Below are positions 54,994 through 64,000 of a DNA stretch of 64,000 bases, in pieces (within the stretch, counting starts at the first letter, position 1; every line of letters begins with the position of its first letter). The notes under the pieces are model-generated. The model saw only the letters and a list, made by a program, of their open reading frames with translations, was not told the origin of the DNA and ran no database searches. Source of the stretch: an uncultured Nitrospiraceae bacterium (GTDB lineage Bacteria > Nitrospirota > Nitrospiria > Nitrospirales > Nitrospiraceae); assembly GCA_963730935.1 (NCBI GenBank), contig CAVSTP010000003.1, positions 192,001 to 256,000 on the forward strand, written 5' to 3'. The translations under genes were made by a program, and so were the position numbers.

Positions 54994-55870
54994 CTAAGGC
55001 TCAAGTCGATAACTCATCGGAATCTTCACGGTCATCTGAGGTTTCTCCAGTGGACGAGGGAGGTGGAAGGGTGCGGCGAGATTTAACAATTCGACTGCTG
55101 CCAGATCCAGGCTTTGATGGCCTGAACTTTGAAAGATTTCAACGGCCTCAATGCTCCCATTGCTTCGGAGAAGCGCTTTCAAGACCACTTTCCCTTCTGC
55201 CCGCTCGAGTCTCGCCTCCGTCGGGTACCTTTTCAGTTCCTGCATGCGGCGCATGATCGTCTCAGACAACCACGCATAGTCGGCGCGCGGGGTGGAAGAG
55301 GCAACAGGTCCTGGGGTTTGCGCCGACAAACCGGCTTCCTGCTCTTGCGACAACGGCTGCATTGTCGGAACTCAAGTCTGATGCCAGCTCCGGCTGTGGA
55401 CTGGACAGTTGGGGAGTCGAGGGCGGTGCCTGCGCCGGTGCAAGGGCTTGTTCAATCGCCTGTTCAGGTTCGGTGCTTTCCACGGGTGGAGGGCTGTCTA
55501 GGGCCTGCGGAGCCTGATTTCTGCGATCCATCGCTTCCGCCGCGCGCGGCATCGTCGGTTCAGCGGTCATGGCTCTCATCGAACCGGCGTCCCGCGCTGG
55601 TGCTGGTGCTGGTGCAGTGCTTGCTGATCGCGCCGGTGATGGAGGCTGGTTGAGAGGCGGATGGATGGTTGTCGTAGGGCTGGCCGATGACTGGAGTGGC
55701 CCGGAAGGCTCAGTGACCATGGCGACGTTCCATGTGAAAGGAACCGGTTGAGGGGCGAGCGTCATGCGTTGTGTGACCACCAGTGCGCCGAAGGCCAACG
55801 TGGCATGCAGACAAAGCGAGGTGAGCCATCCAATCGAGTGGGCACCTCCCGATTGTCCGGCGACAATCAT
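54994..55870 (-). pseudogene. tonB: TonB, split by a +1 frameshift into N-terminal (55262-55870) and C-terminal (54994-55362) ORFs
   Basis: N part has a TM with SLCLH and a Pro-rich linker; C part has KRYP..AR....EGKV...G......I..SSG...LD.AA...P..Y.L; the two frames overlap by about 100 nt. Confidence 0.8.
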
Positions 55871-56241
55871 ATGCGGACAACCTCTAGACTCACATGTTGG
55901 AATCCCAGTCCTCTCACGTCGTCGACAAGTGAGACAAATCGTTCGAGCAATGTCGTCTTATCCGCGCGAACCACCACTGCCGACTCACGGTCTTCCACCC
56001 GCAGAGTCTCCTTCAATCCGTCCGCAGTTACTGGTCGGTCATTGACGAACAAATGGCCTTCGGCGTTGAGCGTGATCACGATCGGCGCATCTTTTCGATC
56101 GCCGGCCTCCTTCGCTTTGGCGAGATTGACGGGAATCTGACCGGTACTGATGAATGTGGCAGTCGTCAAGACGATGACGAGCAGCACGAGCATCACATCG
56201 ACAAGGGGTATGACGTTGATTTGATCAAGCTCGCGATCCAT
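55867..56241 (-). CDS. exbD: Biopolymer transporter ExbD
   Basis: INVIPLVDVMLVLLVI, VNL.KA, VVVRAD. Confidence 0.93.
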   Translation of the reverse strand: MDRELDQINVIPLVDVMLVLLVIVLTTATFISTGQIPVNLAKAKEAGDRKDAPIVITLNAEGHLFVNDRPVTADGLKETLRVEDRESAVVVRADKTTLLERFVSLVDDVRGLGFQHVSLEVVRI

Positions 56242-56656
56242 GCGTCACCTTGTACTGGGCCATCAGTTCACTCACTTTCCGGCGCAGAATGTTGTTCATG
56301 ACGACGCAAGGAATGGCCACGAGCAGTCCCACCGCCGTCGCTTTCAATGCGAGGCTCAATCCGATCATGATCGTATTGACGGCCATGGTCCCCGACGTTC
56401 CCATGGTATGAAATGTGAGCATGATGCCCAGGACCGTCCCGAGGAGGCCGATGTACGGCGCGTTGGCCGCCACCGTACCAATCACGACGAGCCGCTTAGT
56501 AAGCGCGATTTCCAGGGTTTGTTGCGACGCAAACTTCGCCAGGTCGATCCGACTGTAGTACAGCCAACGTTCAACCGCAATGGCGACCGACCAGACACTC
56601 AGAGCCAAGAGCAGGCCGATAATGCCATAGTCGACTGCATTGTTCAGCGCGTCCAT
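56225..56656 (-). CDS. exbB: ExbB (short type)
   Basis: GTVAANAPYIGLLGTVLGIM, ALKATAVGLLVAIP. Confidence 0.92.
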   Translation of the reverse strand: MDALNNAVDYGIIGLLLALSVWSVAIAVERWLYYSRIDLAKFASQQTLEIALTKRLVVIGTVAANAPYIGLLGTVLGIMLTFHTMGTSGTMAVNTIMIGLSLALKATAVGLLVAIPCVVMNNILRRKVSELMAQYKVTHGSRA

Positions 56657-56757
56657 CAATCGGCTCCTTCTCCGCTTCGGTGTGGGAAGACGGTGGGTCG
56701 CGGGCCCTTGGCTGGTGACTGTGCCAGAAGCGGAAAACCGCTGTCAACGTGAGGATC

Positions 56758-57873
56758 TTACGTTGGCCCGGCGCCGGCCTGCTTGAACAGCACGGTATGA
56801 GTAGCCAGCACACGCAACTCGACGGGAGTGCCTTCTTGATACACACTCGTCGAGCCCTGACTGCTGTGCACGACCTGTCCGGAGGAAAGGCTCACGGCGT
56901 AGATATTTTCCGATCCCCTGAATTGACGTGAAAGGACGTGTGATGTGGCGGTCTTTGTGGGCACCAAATGGATGTCGTCCGGGCGGATCATGACCACGAC
57001 CGACGTTCCGTCCTCGCAGTCAAGCGTGTCCGGGAACTCTCCCAGTTCTGTGTGCACCATCCCGCTGGACACTGTGCCGGGAATAAAGTCGGCCTGTCCG
57101 ACGAAATCGGCGACGAACGGCGTCGCCGGCATGTGATAGATGGTTTCCGGCGTGTCGAACTGTTCCAGCCGACCCTGGTTGAGCACCGCGATGCGATCGG
57201 CCATGGCAAACGCTTCGTCGTGATCGTGCGTGACGAGGATCGTTGTGGTCTTCGTGCGGCGCAGCAAGTCATGCAGTTCCTGGCGCATCCGCCCGGCCAT
57301 ATCTGGATCAAGGTTGCTGAAAGGTTCATCGAGCAGAAGTAAGACGGGATGTTGCACCAACGCTCTAGCGAGAGCCACGCGCTGCTGCTGACCGCCGGAC
57401 AACTCATGCGGGTAGCGACGTTCGAAACCTTCCAGGCCGACCAGACGGAGCATGTCCTGCACACGCATTTTCCGCTCGCTCCGGCTCAGCCGGCGCAGGC
57501 CGAAGGCAATGTTCTCCTGAACACGGAGGTGGGGGAACAACGCGTACTCCTGAAACACCATGCCGACGTGTCGGTCTTCGGTCGGTATCATTTGATCCGG
57601 CGATGACACCAGCTGTCCTGACAAAAAGATCTGACCCGACCGGACGGGCTCGAATCCCGCGATGGCGCGCAAGATAGTCGTTTTCCCGCATCCTGATGGA
57701 CCCAACAAGCACAAGATTTCACCCTCATGAGCAGCGAACGCGATGTTGCTCACGGCCGGACGCCCAACGTCGTACGCGCACGAGACGCCGCGCAATTCCA
57801 ACACGGAAGAAGCAGGCCGATAGAGATCGGGCTGTAGGTTGGATTCACTCATGACCGAGGGCCGGGGTTTCAT
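56758..57873 (-). CDS. Fe3+ ABC transporter ATP-binding protein (FbpC/FutC-like)
   Basis: GPSGCGKT, VFQEYALFPH, LSGGQQQRVALARA, LLLDEPFSNLD; TOBE-like tail. Confidence 0.9.
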   Translation of the reverse strand: MKPRPSVMSESNLQPDLYRPASSVLELRGVSCAYDVGRPAVSNIAFAAHEGEILCLLGPSGCGKTTILRAIAGFEPVRSGQIFLSGQLVSSPDQMIPTEDRHVGMVFQEYALFPHLRVQENIAFGLRRLSRSERKMRVQDMLRLVGLEGFERRYPHELSGGQQQRVALARALVQHPVLLLLDEPFSNLDPDMAGRMRQELHDLLRRTKTTTILVTHDHDEAFAMADRIAVLNQGRLEQFDTPETIYHMPATPFVADFVGQADFIPGTVSSGMVHTELGEFPDTLDCEDGTSVVVMIRPDDIHLVPTKTATSHVLSRQFRGSENIYAVSLSSGQVVHSSQGSTSVYQEGTPVELRVLATHTVLFKQAGAGPT

Positions 57874-57889
57874 GGTCTTTCATCTCTTG

Positions 57890-59473
57890 TTATGCCGCTC
57901 GCCAATCCTTCGACAACAATAGCAGTAACGTCGGCAGCCCGAGCAGCACGATCAGCAGTGCTGAGGGGGCGGCCAACTGATAATACTCTTCGCTGGCTTC
58001 CATCCAGACCCGAATTGCCAAGGTGTCGAATCCGACGGGACGCAACAGCAAGGTTGCTGGAAGCTCTTTCATCGTCTGCAGGAACATGAGCACCCAGGCT
58101 ACAATAAATCCATTGCGCATGAGCGGCAGCGTCACGCGCTTCCAGGTCTGCCGCACGCCGAGGCCGAGCGTACGGGCCACTTCCTCCAGGTTGGGCGTAA
58201 TCTGCTGCAAGGCGGGCTCCAGCGACTGCAGTCCGGCGGGCAGGAAATGGATCACATAGGCTACGATGAGGACGAGAACCGAGCCGTACAGGAAAGGTGT
58301 CAGATTCAGGCAGAGAACCAGGACTGCCAACGCAGCGACAGGTCCGGGTAGGACATAGCCAGCATAGGCTGCCTGTAAACATCCAAGGTTCAGCCAGCTG
58401 GGACGGCGGTTGGCCATATAGGCGAGCGGCAGGCCGATCAACACCCCGCCGGTGGCCGCACAGGCAGCCAGGAAGCCGCTATTCCACAGAAAGCCGAAAA
58501 AACGGCTGTCGATGGTGGCTTGGGCTTCAGGAGAGAGACACCAGACGACGAGCAGGTACGCCGGCAGCACGAACGACGCTCCTACCACGAACATGAGGTA
58601 GCCGGTGACCATGGAGGTTCCAAGCCATCCATAGCGATGTCGTTCAGGGCGGCGATACCGTCCGGTCGTCTGGTAAAACCGGCTTCGATGGCGAAACCAC
58701 CGTTCGGTGACGAGAAACAACAGCGCCAATCCGACGAGCAGGAGACTCAGGATGCTGGCAGCCGTGTTATCCGACCGACCGGTCATCTGTTGGAACACTG
58801 CATAGGTCAGAGTTTGATACCGCAGTAGGGAAACCGCTCCAAAATCCGAAACCACATAGAGGATGACCAGCGCCAATCCGGCAGCGATGGACGGGCGCAT
58901 GAGGGGAAGCGTGACCAGCCATAACGTCTTCATCCGAGAGATGCCGCTGGCACGTGAGACCTCTTCGAACGAAACGTTCAGATTGAGAAGTGCGCTGCGG
59001 CTGAGTAGATACACGAAGGGGAAGGTATCCAGCGTCATGACCAGGGTGGCGCCCAAGTAGCTATGAGGCGAAAAGATGCGCGCCTGGGGGCCGGCGACCA
59101 GCTGCCAGACGTGCTCGACAGGACCGCCGAATCCTAGAAGATACGAATAGATGTAGGCCAGCACGTAGGTCGGCATCGCCAGCGGCAGCACCAGCGCCCC
59201 TTCCCAGAGCCGACGCCCGGGGAACTCTACCCTCGTGACAAGCCAGGCGGTGGAGACCCCAAGCAGGAGCGTCAGGCAGGCCACGCTGGCTGCCAGCCAG
59301 ATCGTATTCGTCAGTAGCTCGGGGATACGCGTCGTCCACAGGCGGCTCCAGACGGCCGGATCAGCAGACAATGCCTGGGACGTGACATACCCGAGGGGCA
59401 GCAGGATGAGCGTCGCGCTGGCCAATGTGACGAGCTGCAAAGGTGAACTGAGGTGGGCGCGAAGAGTGGTCAC
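57890..59473 (-). CDS. Fe3+ ABC transporter permease (FbpB/FutB-like)
   Basis: Duplicated permease; LPLAMPTYVLAY, DFGAVSLL, KELPATLLLRP.GFDTLA. Confidence 0.9.
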   Translation of the reverse strand: MTTLRAHLSSPLQLVTLASATLILLPLGYVTSQALSADPAVWSRLWTTRIPELLTNTIWLAASVACLTLLLGVSTAWLVTRVEFPGRRLWEGALVLPLAMPTYVLAYIYSYLLGFGGPVEHVWQLVAGPQARIFSPHSYLGATLVMTLDTFPFVYLLSRSALLNLNVSFEEVSRASGISRMKTLWLVTLPLMRPSIAAGLALVILYVVSDFGAVSLLRYQTLTYAVFQQMTGRSDNTAASILSLLLVGLALLFLVTERWFRHRSRFYQTTGRYRRPERHRYGWLGTSMVTGYLMFVVGASFVLPAYLLVVWCLSPEAQATIDSRFFGFLWNSGFLAACAATGGVLIGLPLAYMANRRPSWLNLGCLQAAYAGYVLPGPVAALAVLVLCLNLTPFLYGSVLVLIVAYVIHFLPAGLQSLEPALQQITPNLEEVARTLGLGVRQTWKRVTLPLMRNGFIVAWVLMFLQTMKELPATLLLRPVGFDTLAIRVWMEASEEYYQLAAPSALLIVLLGLPTLLLLLSKDWRAA

Positions 59474-59488
59474 GTGGGTCTCGTCAGA

Positions 59489-60526
59489 TTAGCGAAGCCC
59501 CACTTGTTCGATGAGTGTGAGGGTCGGTTCCCGCAGTTCCGCCAGCCTCGTCAAGGGCACCTGTGCTGCTCGGAAATTCTTACGTTCCACGAGCGCGGGA
59601 TCCGCTTTCACCTCGGGGTGGAGCGGATACTCTTTGTCCAAGTCGGCGAAGAGTTTTTGTCCCGCTTGGGCGACAAGGAATTCAACCAAAAGCTTGGCCG
59701 ATTCGAGATGCTTGGTAGATCTGACGATGCCCACTCCAGCGACGTTCATGATTGCACCCATCCCGCTCTCCTGCTGATCAGGCATGAAGGCGGCGATCGG
59801 CGCCGTCGGTTGGGCGGCGAGATGGCGATAGATATAGTAGTGGTTGACGATGCCGAGCGAGGCTTGTCCCTTCGCAACGGCTTCCACGATTTGAGAGCTT
59901 TTTTGGTAAACCTGGGCGCCGGCATTGTCCTTCAGCCCCAAAAGGAACTCCTTGGTTTTTGCGTCTCCGTGACTGGCACGGATCACCGACACGCCGGCCT
60001 GCAGATATTCGCTCCCGGCGTTGGGAATGGCGAGCTTTCCCTTCCATTTCGGATCGGCGAGATCCAACAGTGATTTCAGTTCATCCGGTTTGACCAGCGT
60101 CTTGTTGTAGACAATGATCCAGAACCGACCGGACAGGCCGATCCAGGCATTATCCGGCGCGCGGAACTGCGGCGGGATCGCGCGGTCGACTTCCCGCATA
60201 TTCAAGGGCCGGAGAATCCCAGCCGCCCGAGCCTGCTCAAGGCTGCCGGCATCGTTGGTCAGGAAAAGATCCGCCGGGGTTCGATCGCCCTCTGCCTTGA
60301 GCCGATTGACGAGTTCCGTTGTTCCGGAAGAGAGGAGATCCACTTGAATGCCGGTCTTCGAGGTGAATTCGTCCAAGACCGGTTTGATCAATCGTTCGGA
60401 GCGGCCCGAATAGACCGTCAGCTTGTCGGCGGCAAAGACCGTGACAGCATGCGCAAAGAAAGCGATCAGGCAGGCGAGTCCGAGCAGTCGTTGGGTCGAG
60501 CGTGGAAATTGAAATTGATAAGCCAT
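59489..60526 (-). CDS. Fe3+ ABC transporter substrate-binding protein (FbpA/FutA-like)
   Basis: Signal peptide, LTVYSGRS, EGDRTPADLF, GIVNHYY (tandem Tyr iron ligands), EYP. Confidence 0.9.
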   Translation of the reverse strand: MAYQFQFPRSTQRLLGLACLIAFFAHAVTVFAADKLTVYSGRSERLIKPVLDEFTSKTGIQVDLLSSGTTELVNRLKAEGDRTPADLFLTNDAGSLEQARAAGILRPLNMREVDRAIPPQFRAPDNAWIGLSGRFWIIVYNKTLVKPDELKSLLDLADPKWKGKLAIPNAGSEYLQAGVSVIRASHGDAKTKEFLLGLKDNAGAQVYQKSSQIVEAVAKGQASLGIVNHYYIYRHLAAQPTAPIAAFMPDQQESGMGAIMNVAGVGIVRSTKHLESAKLLVEFLVAQAGQKLFADLDKEYPLHPEVKADPALVERKNFRAAQVPLTRLAELREPTLTLIEQVGLR

Positions 60527-60561
60527 CTCAAAATGATACCAAAAGCTGGGGCAATCGTCAA
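60515..60561 (-). promoter_or_regulatory. Sigma70 promoter and Fur-box-like site of the Fe ABC operon
   Basis: Minus strand TTGACG (60561-56), 17 nt spacer, TATCAT (60538-33); TGAGATG-G-CTTATCA (10/14 to the 7-1-7 Fur motif) spans the start codon. Confidence 0.65.
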
Positions 60562-60995
60562 TGACGGCAGCGGGAGCAGAGTCCGTAGAGTTCAAGGCGG
60601 TGGGTCTGGATGGTAAAGCCGTTGCGGGCGGCGACCTCCTCCTGCAATTTTTCGATCTCGCAGTTTTCAAATTCGACGATTTTGCCGCAACCTGTGCAGA
60701 TGAGGTGATCGTGATGCCCCTTATGGGCGACGTTATCGTATTGCGTTTGTGAGCCGAAATGCCTGGCCTGCGCGATGCCGGCGTCGCAAAACAAATTCAG
60801 TGTCCGATAAATCGTCGCCAGTCCAAGATGAGGATCCGTCTTGGCGAGTTGATGGTACATGGCCTCGGCGGTGATGTGTTCCTGCCGTAGAAAGGCCGTC
60901 AGAATGAGTTCCCGCTGGCGGGTGAATTTCAGCTGGTGCTTGCCAAGGTGTTCCTTCAGCACGTTCATCTCTTTCGCGAATTTGCCTGCCGGCAT
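60558..60995 (-). CDS. fur: Ferric uptake regulator (Fur family)
   Basis: TRQR..IL, GLATIYRTL, HHDHLICTGCGKIVEF, LYGLCSRC. Confidence 0.92.
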   Translation of the reverse strand: MPAGKFAKEMNVLKEHLGKHQLKFTRQRELILTAFLRQEHITAEAMYHQLAKTDPHLGLATIYRTLNLFCDAGIAQARHFGSQTQYDNVAHKGHHDHLICTGCGKIVEFENCEIEKLQEEVAARNGFTIQTHRLELYGLCSRCRH

Positions 60996-61058
60996 ATCAA
61001 CGTGTCTCCAGCCGGTGATCATTAGAAACAGAAACACGTGATGCGGTCAAGGGGGCGA

Positions 61059-61087
61059 TTGACGGGTTTTCTGCGCTTGTCTATAGT
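61059..61087 (+). promoter_or_regulatory. Sigma70 promoter divergent from fur
   Basis: TTGACG, 17 nt spacer, TATAGT. Confidence 0.65.
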
Positions 61088-61128
61088 GCAGCGCCCGTCC
61101 GGGCGTTGACGAGAAGGATTCCCAGCCG

Positions 61129-61692
61129 ATGCGCCAGCCTCATCAGATTGCCGTCGACCGCGCGCTCCTGCTCTATGCGCTCCATCTGGCTGAACCTCAC
61201 GGGCTGCTGAGCGACGTCAAACTTCAGCAGCTCTGTTTTCTCTGCGAGCTGCAGATGTTCGGAAAGGGCCTCAAAGGGTTTCATTTTGAGTTTTTCCGGT
61301 TCGCCTATGGCGCTTTCAGCAAGGATCTGGACAACGATCTCACGTCGCTCCGTCGGAAGGAGCGCGTGGAGAACTTTACGCTCTCCGATCAGGCGCAGGA
61401 GGCGGTCCTCCCTTTGATTGAACAAGGCGTCGCCGACATCGAAACCAATGAAAAGGTCATCGAGATTCTGAAAGCCGTCATGGCGACCTACGGGCCTCAA
61501 GACAGCGGTGCCATTACCTCATCCGTCGAAGCAGTCGAATTGAGTACGCCGCAGGATCCGGAATTCAAGATTCCTATCCGCGACATCGTGTTTCACACGA
61601 CGCTGCTTGTGCCTCATCGCATCGAGGTGCAAGCGGAGTTTGCGTTCGCGCCGGCACTCCTGGGGAAGCTGAACCAGGCAATGGGCTATTAA
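61129..61692 (+). CDS. Hypothetical protein with DUF4065/SocA(Panacea)-like N-terminus
   Basis: LLLYAL...VKLQQLCFL...FEFFRFAYGAFSKDL..DL..L resembles KLQKLxY...F..W.YGP.S..L. Confidence 0.6.
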   Translation: MRQPHQIAVDRALLLYALHLAEPHGLLSDVKLQQLCFLCELQMFGKGLKGFHFEFFRFAYGAFSKDLDNDLTSLRRKERVENFTLSDQAQEAVLPLIEQGVADIETNEKVIEILKAVMATYGPQDSGAITSSVEAVELSTPQDPEFKIPIRDIVFHTTLLVPHRIEVQAEFAFAPALLGKLNQAMGY

Positions 61693-61743
61693 AGGGAATC
61701 GCAGACAGCGAAGGGCGGTGATGCGATGGAAGGAATGAGACCG

Positions 61744-63285
61744 TCAGGCCTTGTCGAGCCGGTAGAGCTCTCCGTACTTCCGTTCGATATAGCGTAAAAA
61801 TGGTTCTGGGCTGAGACTCACGCCGGTCACTCGCTGGGCCAGGTGATCGGGGGTGAACATGCGACCCCAGCGATGAATCTTCTGGCCTAGCCAGCGGCGC
61901 AACACCATCAACTGTCCCGCGGCGATTTCATCTTCGAGGTGAGGGATCTCCTGTTTCGCCTGTTCGTAAAACTGAACAGCATAGAGATTGCCCAAGGTAT
62001 ATGTCGGGAAGTAGCCGAAGGCTCCCATCGACCAATGGACATCCTGTAACACGCCTTCTCCGTCTAGTGACGGAACGATCCCCAGATACTCCTTCATCTT
62101 GTGGTTCCAGATGCCGGGAAGCTCCTCCGGGTTCGTCGTGCCCTCGATCAGGTCCTGCTCGATCTCGAAGCGCAGCATGATGTGGAGGTTGTATGTGAGC
62201 TCGTCGGCCTCGACGCGAATCAACGAGGGTTTGACTCGATTGATCACAGCGTAAAACTGTTCCATCTCCACCCCGCGCAGTTGATGATGGAACGTGGCTT
62301 GGAGGATCGGATAAAAAAACCGCCAGAAGGCGCGTGAGCGGCCGACGCAGTTCTCCCACAATCTCGATTGACTCTCATGCATGCCGAGCGATACGGATTC
62401 GCCGAGCGGAGTTCCATAGTGCGTTGGGTCGAGCCCCTGATCATACAGGCCGTGGCCGCCCTCATGGATGCAGCTAAAAAGGCACGAGGGCAGGTCGTGT
62501 TCGTACACGCGAGTGGTGACGCGGACGTCCGTCGGATGGAACGACGTGGTGAAGGGATGGGCCGACAGATCCAGCCGGCCTTTTTCGAAGTCGTAGCCCA
62601 TCGCGATGAGCACCAGACGGCCGAACTCCAGCTGCCGGGCCTGGTCATAGGCATGGTACAAAAAGGTGTCGTCGATCTGGACGGAGCTCTGTTGAATGCG
62701 CCTTAGTAATGGGACGAGCCCGGTCTTCAGCTGTGCAAACAGCGGCCGCAACCCGGCGACTGTCGATCCCGGCTCATAGACATCGAGCAGCGCATTGTAG
62801 GGCGTGCTTTCAAATCCAAGATACTGGGCTTCTTCCCGCTTGAGCGACAACACCGTGCGCAGGTTGGGCAGAAACGATTTGAAAGTATTTTGGGTCTTCG
62901 CTTCTGCCCAGACTTGTTGCGCCAGGGAGCATTCCCTGCTCAACCGGATCACGAAATCTGACGGGAGTTTTCTTGCGCGACTGTAGTCACGCCACACTTC
63001 ACGCAGCAGGGCATTGGACGATTCATCCCAGAGTTCCCCGTCCTGTTCGAGCGCAAGACCCGTCTGGAGATTGAGCCATGTGCCAAGGAGCCGCTCGGTG
63101 TCGGACGACACCAGTTGCTGATGCGCGATTCCCTGAAGTGTGGCAATTTGCTCTGCGCGGGCCGTACCTCCGCCCGCCGGCATGTAGGTTTCTTGGTCCC
63201 ACGACAGGACAGAGGCCGCGCTGTTGATCCGCTGAATTTCCAGGAGCCGGTTCGAAAGCGGCTCCAGCGTTTTCAGGGTTTTCAT
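61744..63285 (-). CDS. Carboxypeptidase, M32 (Taq) family
   Basis: LSWDQETYMP, HPFT, DVRVTT, HEGGH, HESQS, IRVEADE, GVLQDVHW, GYFPTY. Confidence 0.95.
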   Translation of the reverse strand: MKTLKTLEPLSNRLLEIQRINSAASVLSWDQETYMPAGGGTARAEQIATLQGIAHQQLVSSDTERLLGTWLNLQTGLALEQDGELWDESSNALLREVWRDYSRARKLPSDFVIRLSRECSLAQQVWAEAKTQNTFKSFLPNLRTVLSLKREEAQYLGFESTPYNALLDVYEPGSTVAGLRPLFAQLKTGLVPLLRRIQQSSVQIDDTFLYHAYDQARQLEFGRLVLIAMGYDFEKGRLDLSAHPFTTSFHPTDVRVTTRVYEHDLPSCLFSCIHEGGHGLYDQGLDPTHYGTPLGESVSLGMHESQSRLWENCVGRSRAFWRFFYPILQATFHHQLRGVEMEQFYAVINRVKPSLIRVEADELTYNLHIMLRFEIEQDLIEGTTNPEELPGIWNHKMKEYLGIVPSLDGEGVLQDVHWSMGAFGYFPTYTLGNLYAVQFYEQAKQEIPHLEDEIAAGQLMVLRRWLGQKIHRWGRMFTPDHLAQRVTGVSLSPEPFLRYIERKYGELYRLDKA

Positions 63286-63387
63286 ACTGCCACTTCCTCC
63301 GTCACAGCATGCTATCATCGTGTCGCTGATCAGATTCATGCAGTCTCGCACGCAGCAGGCCATTTTTCAAACGGGGAGAATGCGCAC

Positions 63388-64000
63388 ATGAAGGCATTAG
63401 TTTCCGCTGAAATCGAAGCCTATGCGACGGCACATTCCATGGGCGAGTCCGAGATCTGCCGTGCCCTGCGTGCGGAAACGCACCGGCAAATGGACTGTCC
63501 TCAGATGCTTGTCGGACCCCTGGAAGGTGCCTTTTTGAAACTGTTGACCCAAATCGTGCGGGCCGCCCATGTCCTGGAAATCGGCATGTTTACCGGCTAC
63601 AGCGCCCTCTGCTTCGCCGAAGCCCTCCCCAAAGAGGGTGTCGTAACGACCTGTGAAATTGACGAAACATCGGCAGCGGTGGCCCGCCGTTATTTCGCGA
63701 TGTCACCGCACGGTCAAAAAATCACCGTTCGTATGGGACCTGCCCTTGAGACCATGCGCGTACTGAAGAGCCGCTATGACCTCATCTTTATCGATGCCGA
63801 CAAGCAAAATTACCTGAACTACTATCGGCGCGCGAAAGAGCTGCTCTCGCCCAACGGCGTCATCGTCATCGACAATGTGTTGTGGGATGGGGACGTGTTG
63901 TTGGAACCGCCTCCCGATGAACGAACGGCAGCCATTCAGGAACTGAATCGGGCGGTCGCCTCGGACCCCGACGTGTCAGCCACGCTTCTCACGATCAGGG
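63388..64000 (+). CDS. Class I SAM-dependent O-methyltransferase (CCoAOMT-like), partial
   Basis: Hand-translated: MKALVSAEIEAYA...VLEIGMFTGYS...DLIFIDADKQNY...DNVLWDG; runs off the window end, so absent from the ORF track. Confidence 0.9.
   Translation, partial: MKALVSAEIEAYATAHSMGESEICRALRAETHRQMDCPQMLVGPLEGAFLKLLTQIVRAAHVLEIGMFTGYSALCFAEALPKEGVVTTCEIDETSAAVARRYFAMSPHGQKITVRMGPALETMRVLKSRYDLIFIDADKQNYLNYYRRAKELLSPNGVIVIDNVLWDGDVLLEPPPDERTAAIQELNRAVASDPDVSATLLTIR

Noticed and set aside
55596..55616. Short tandem repeat (GCTGGT)n
   Set aside because: Encodes the Pro-Ala linker of TonB; not an array

Overview
High-GC (~58-60% by eye) bacterial chromosomal window. Gene order and protein style suggest Nitrospira/Nitrospirota (inference, not database-checked). 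Positions 1-46.3 kb are mostly housekeeping: rho, rpmE-prfA-prmC-murA-his operon, dnaG-rpoD-tRNA-Ile(CAU), a short RNase HIII, RNase P RNA, ilvBNC-psd-pssA, a Leu T-box before leuA, leuB-asd, queA, mreBCD-mrdA-rodA-rng and dprA-topA. Positions 46.5-61 kb form an iron-homeostasis island: bfr, fur, an Fbp/Fut-type Fe3+ ABC transporter, exbB-exbD and a frameshifted tonB, and apbE. It also holds a minus-strand unit with a Fur box: Com-like Cys4 zinc-finger microprotein, outer-membrane beta-barrel, lipoprotein, FMN-binding (SGAT) protein, His-rich membrane protein, HD-GYP protein and di-heme cytochrome c peroxidase-like lipoprotein. The most novel signal is a cis-element present twice in this unit (CGnAAATATC(t)GTnGAGGC(a)CAGCnGT...CCAGAGnCC). 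One copy lies right after the Com-like gene and the other overlaps an intrinsic terminator. This suggests a Fur -> Com-like RNA-binding protein -> antitermination/translation cascade controlling a flavinylation-based redox/iron-uptake module. No CRISPR array, integrase or transposase was seen.
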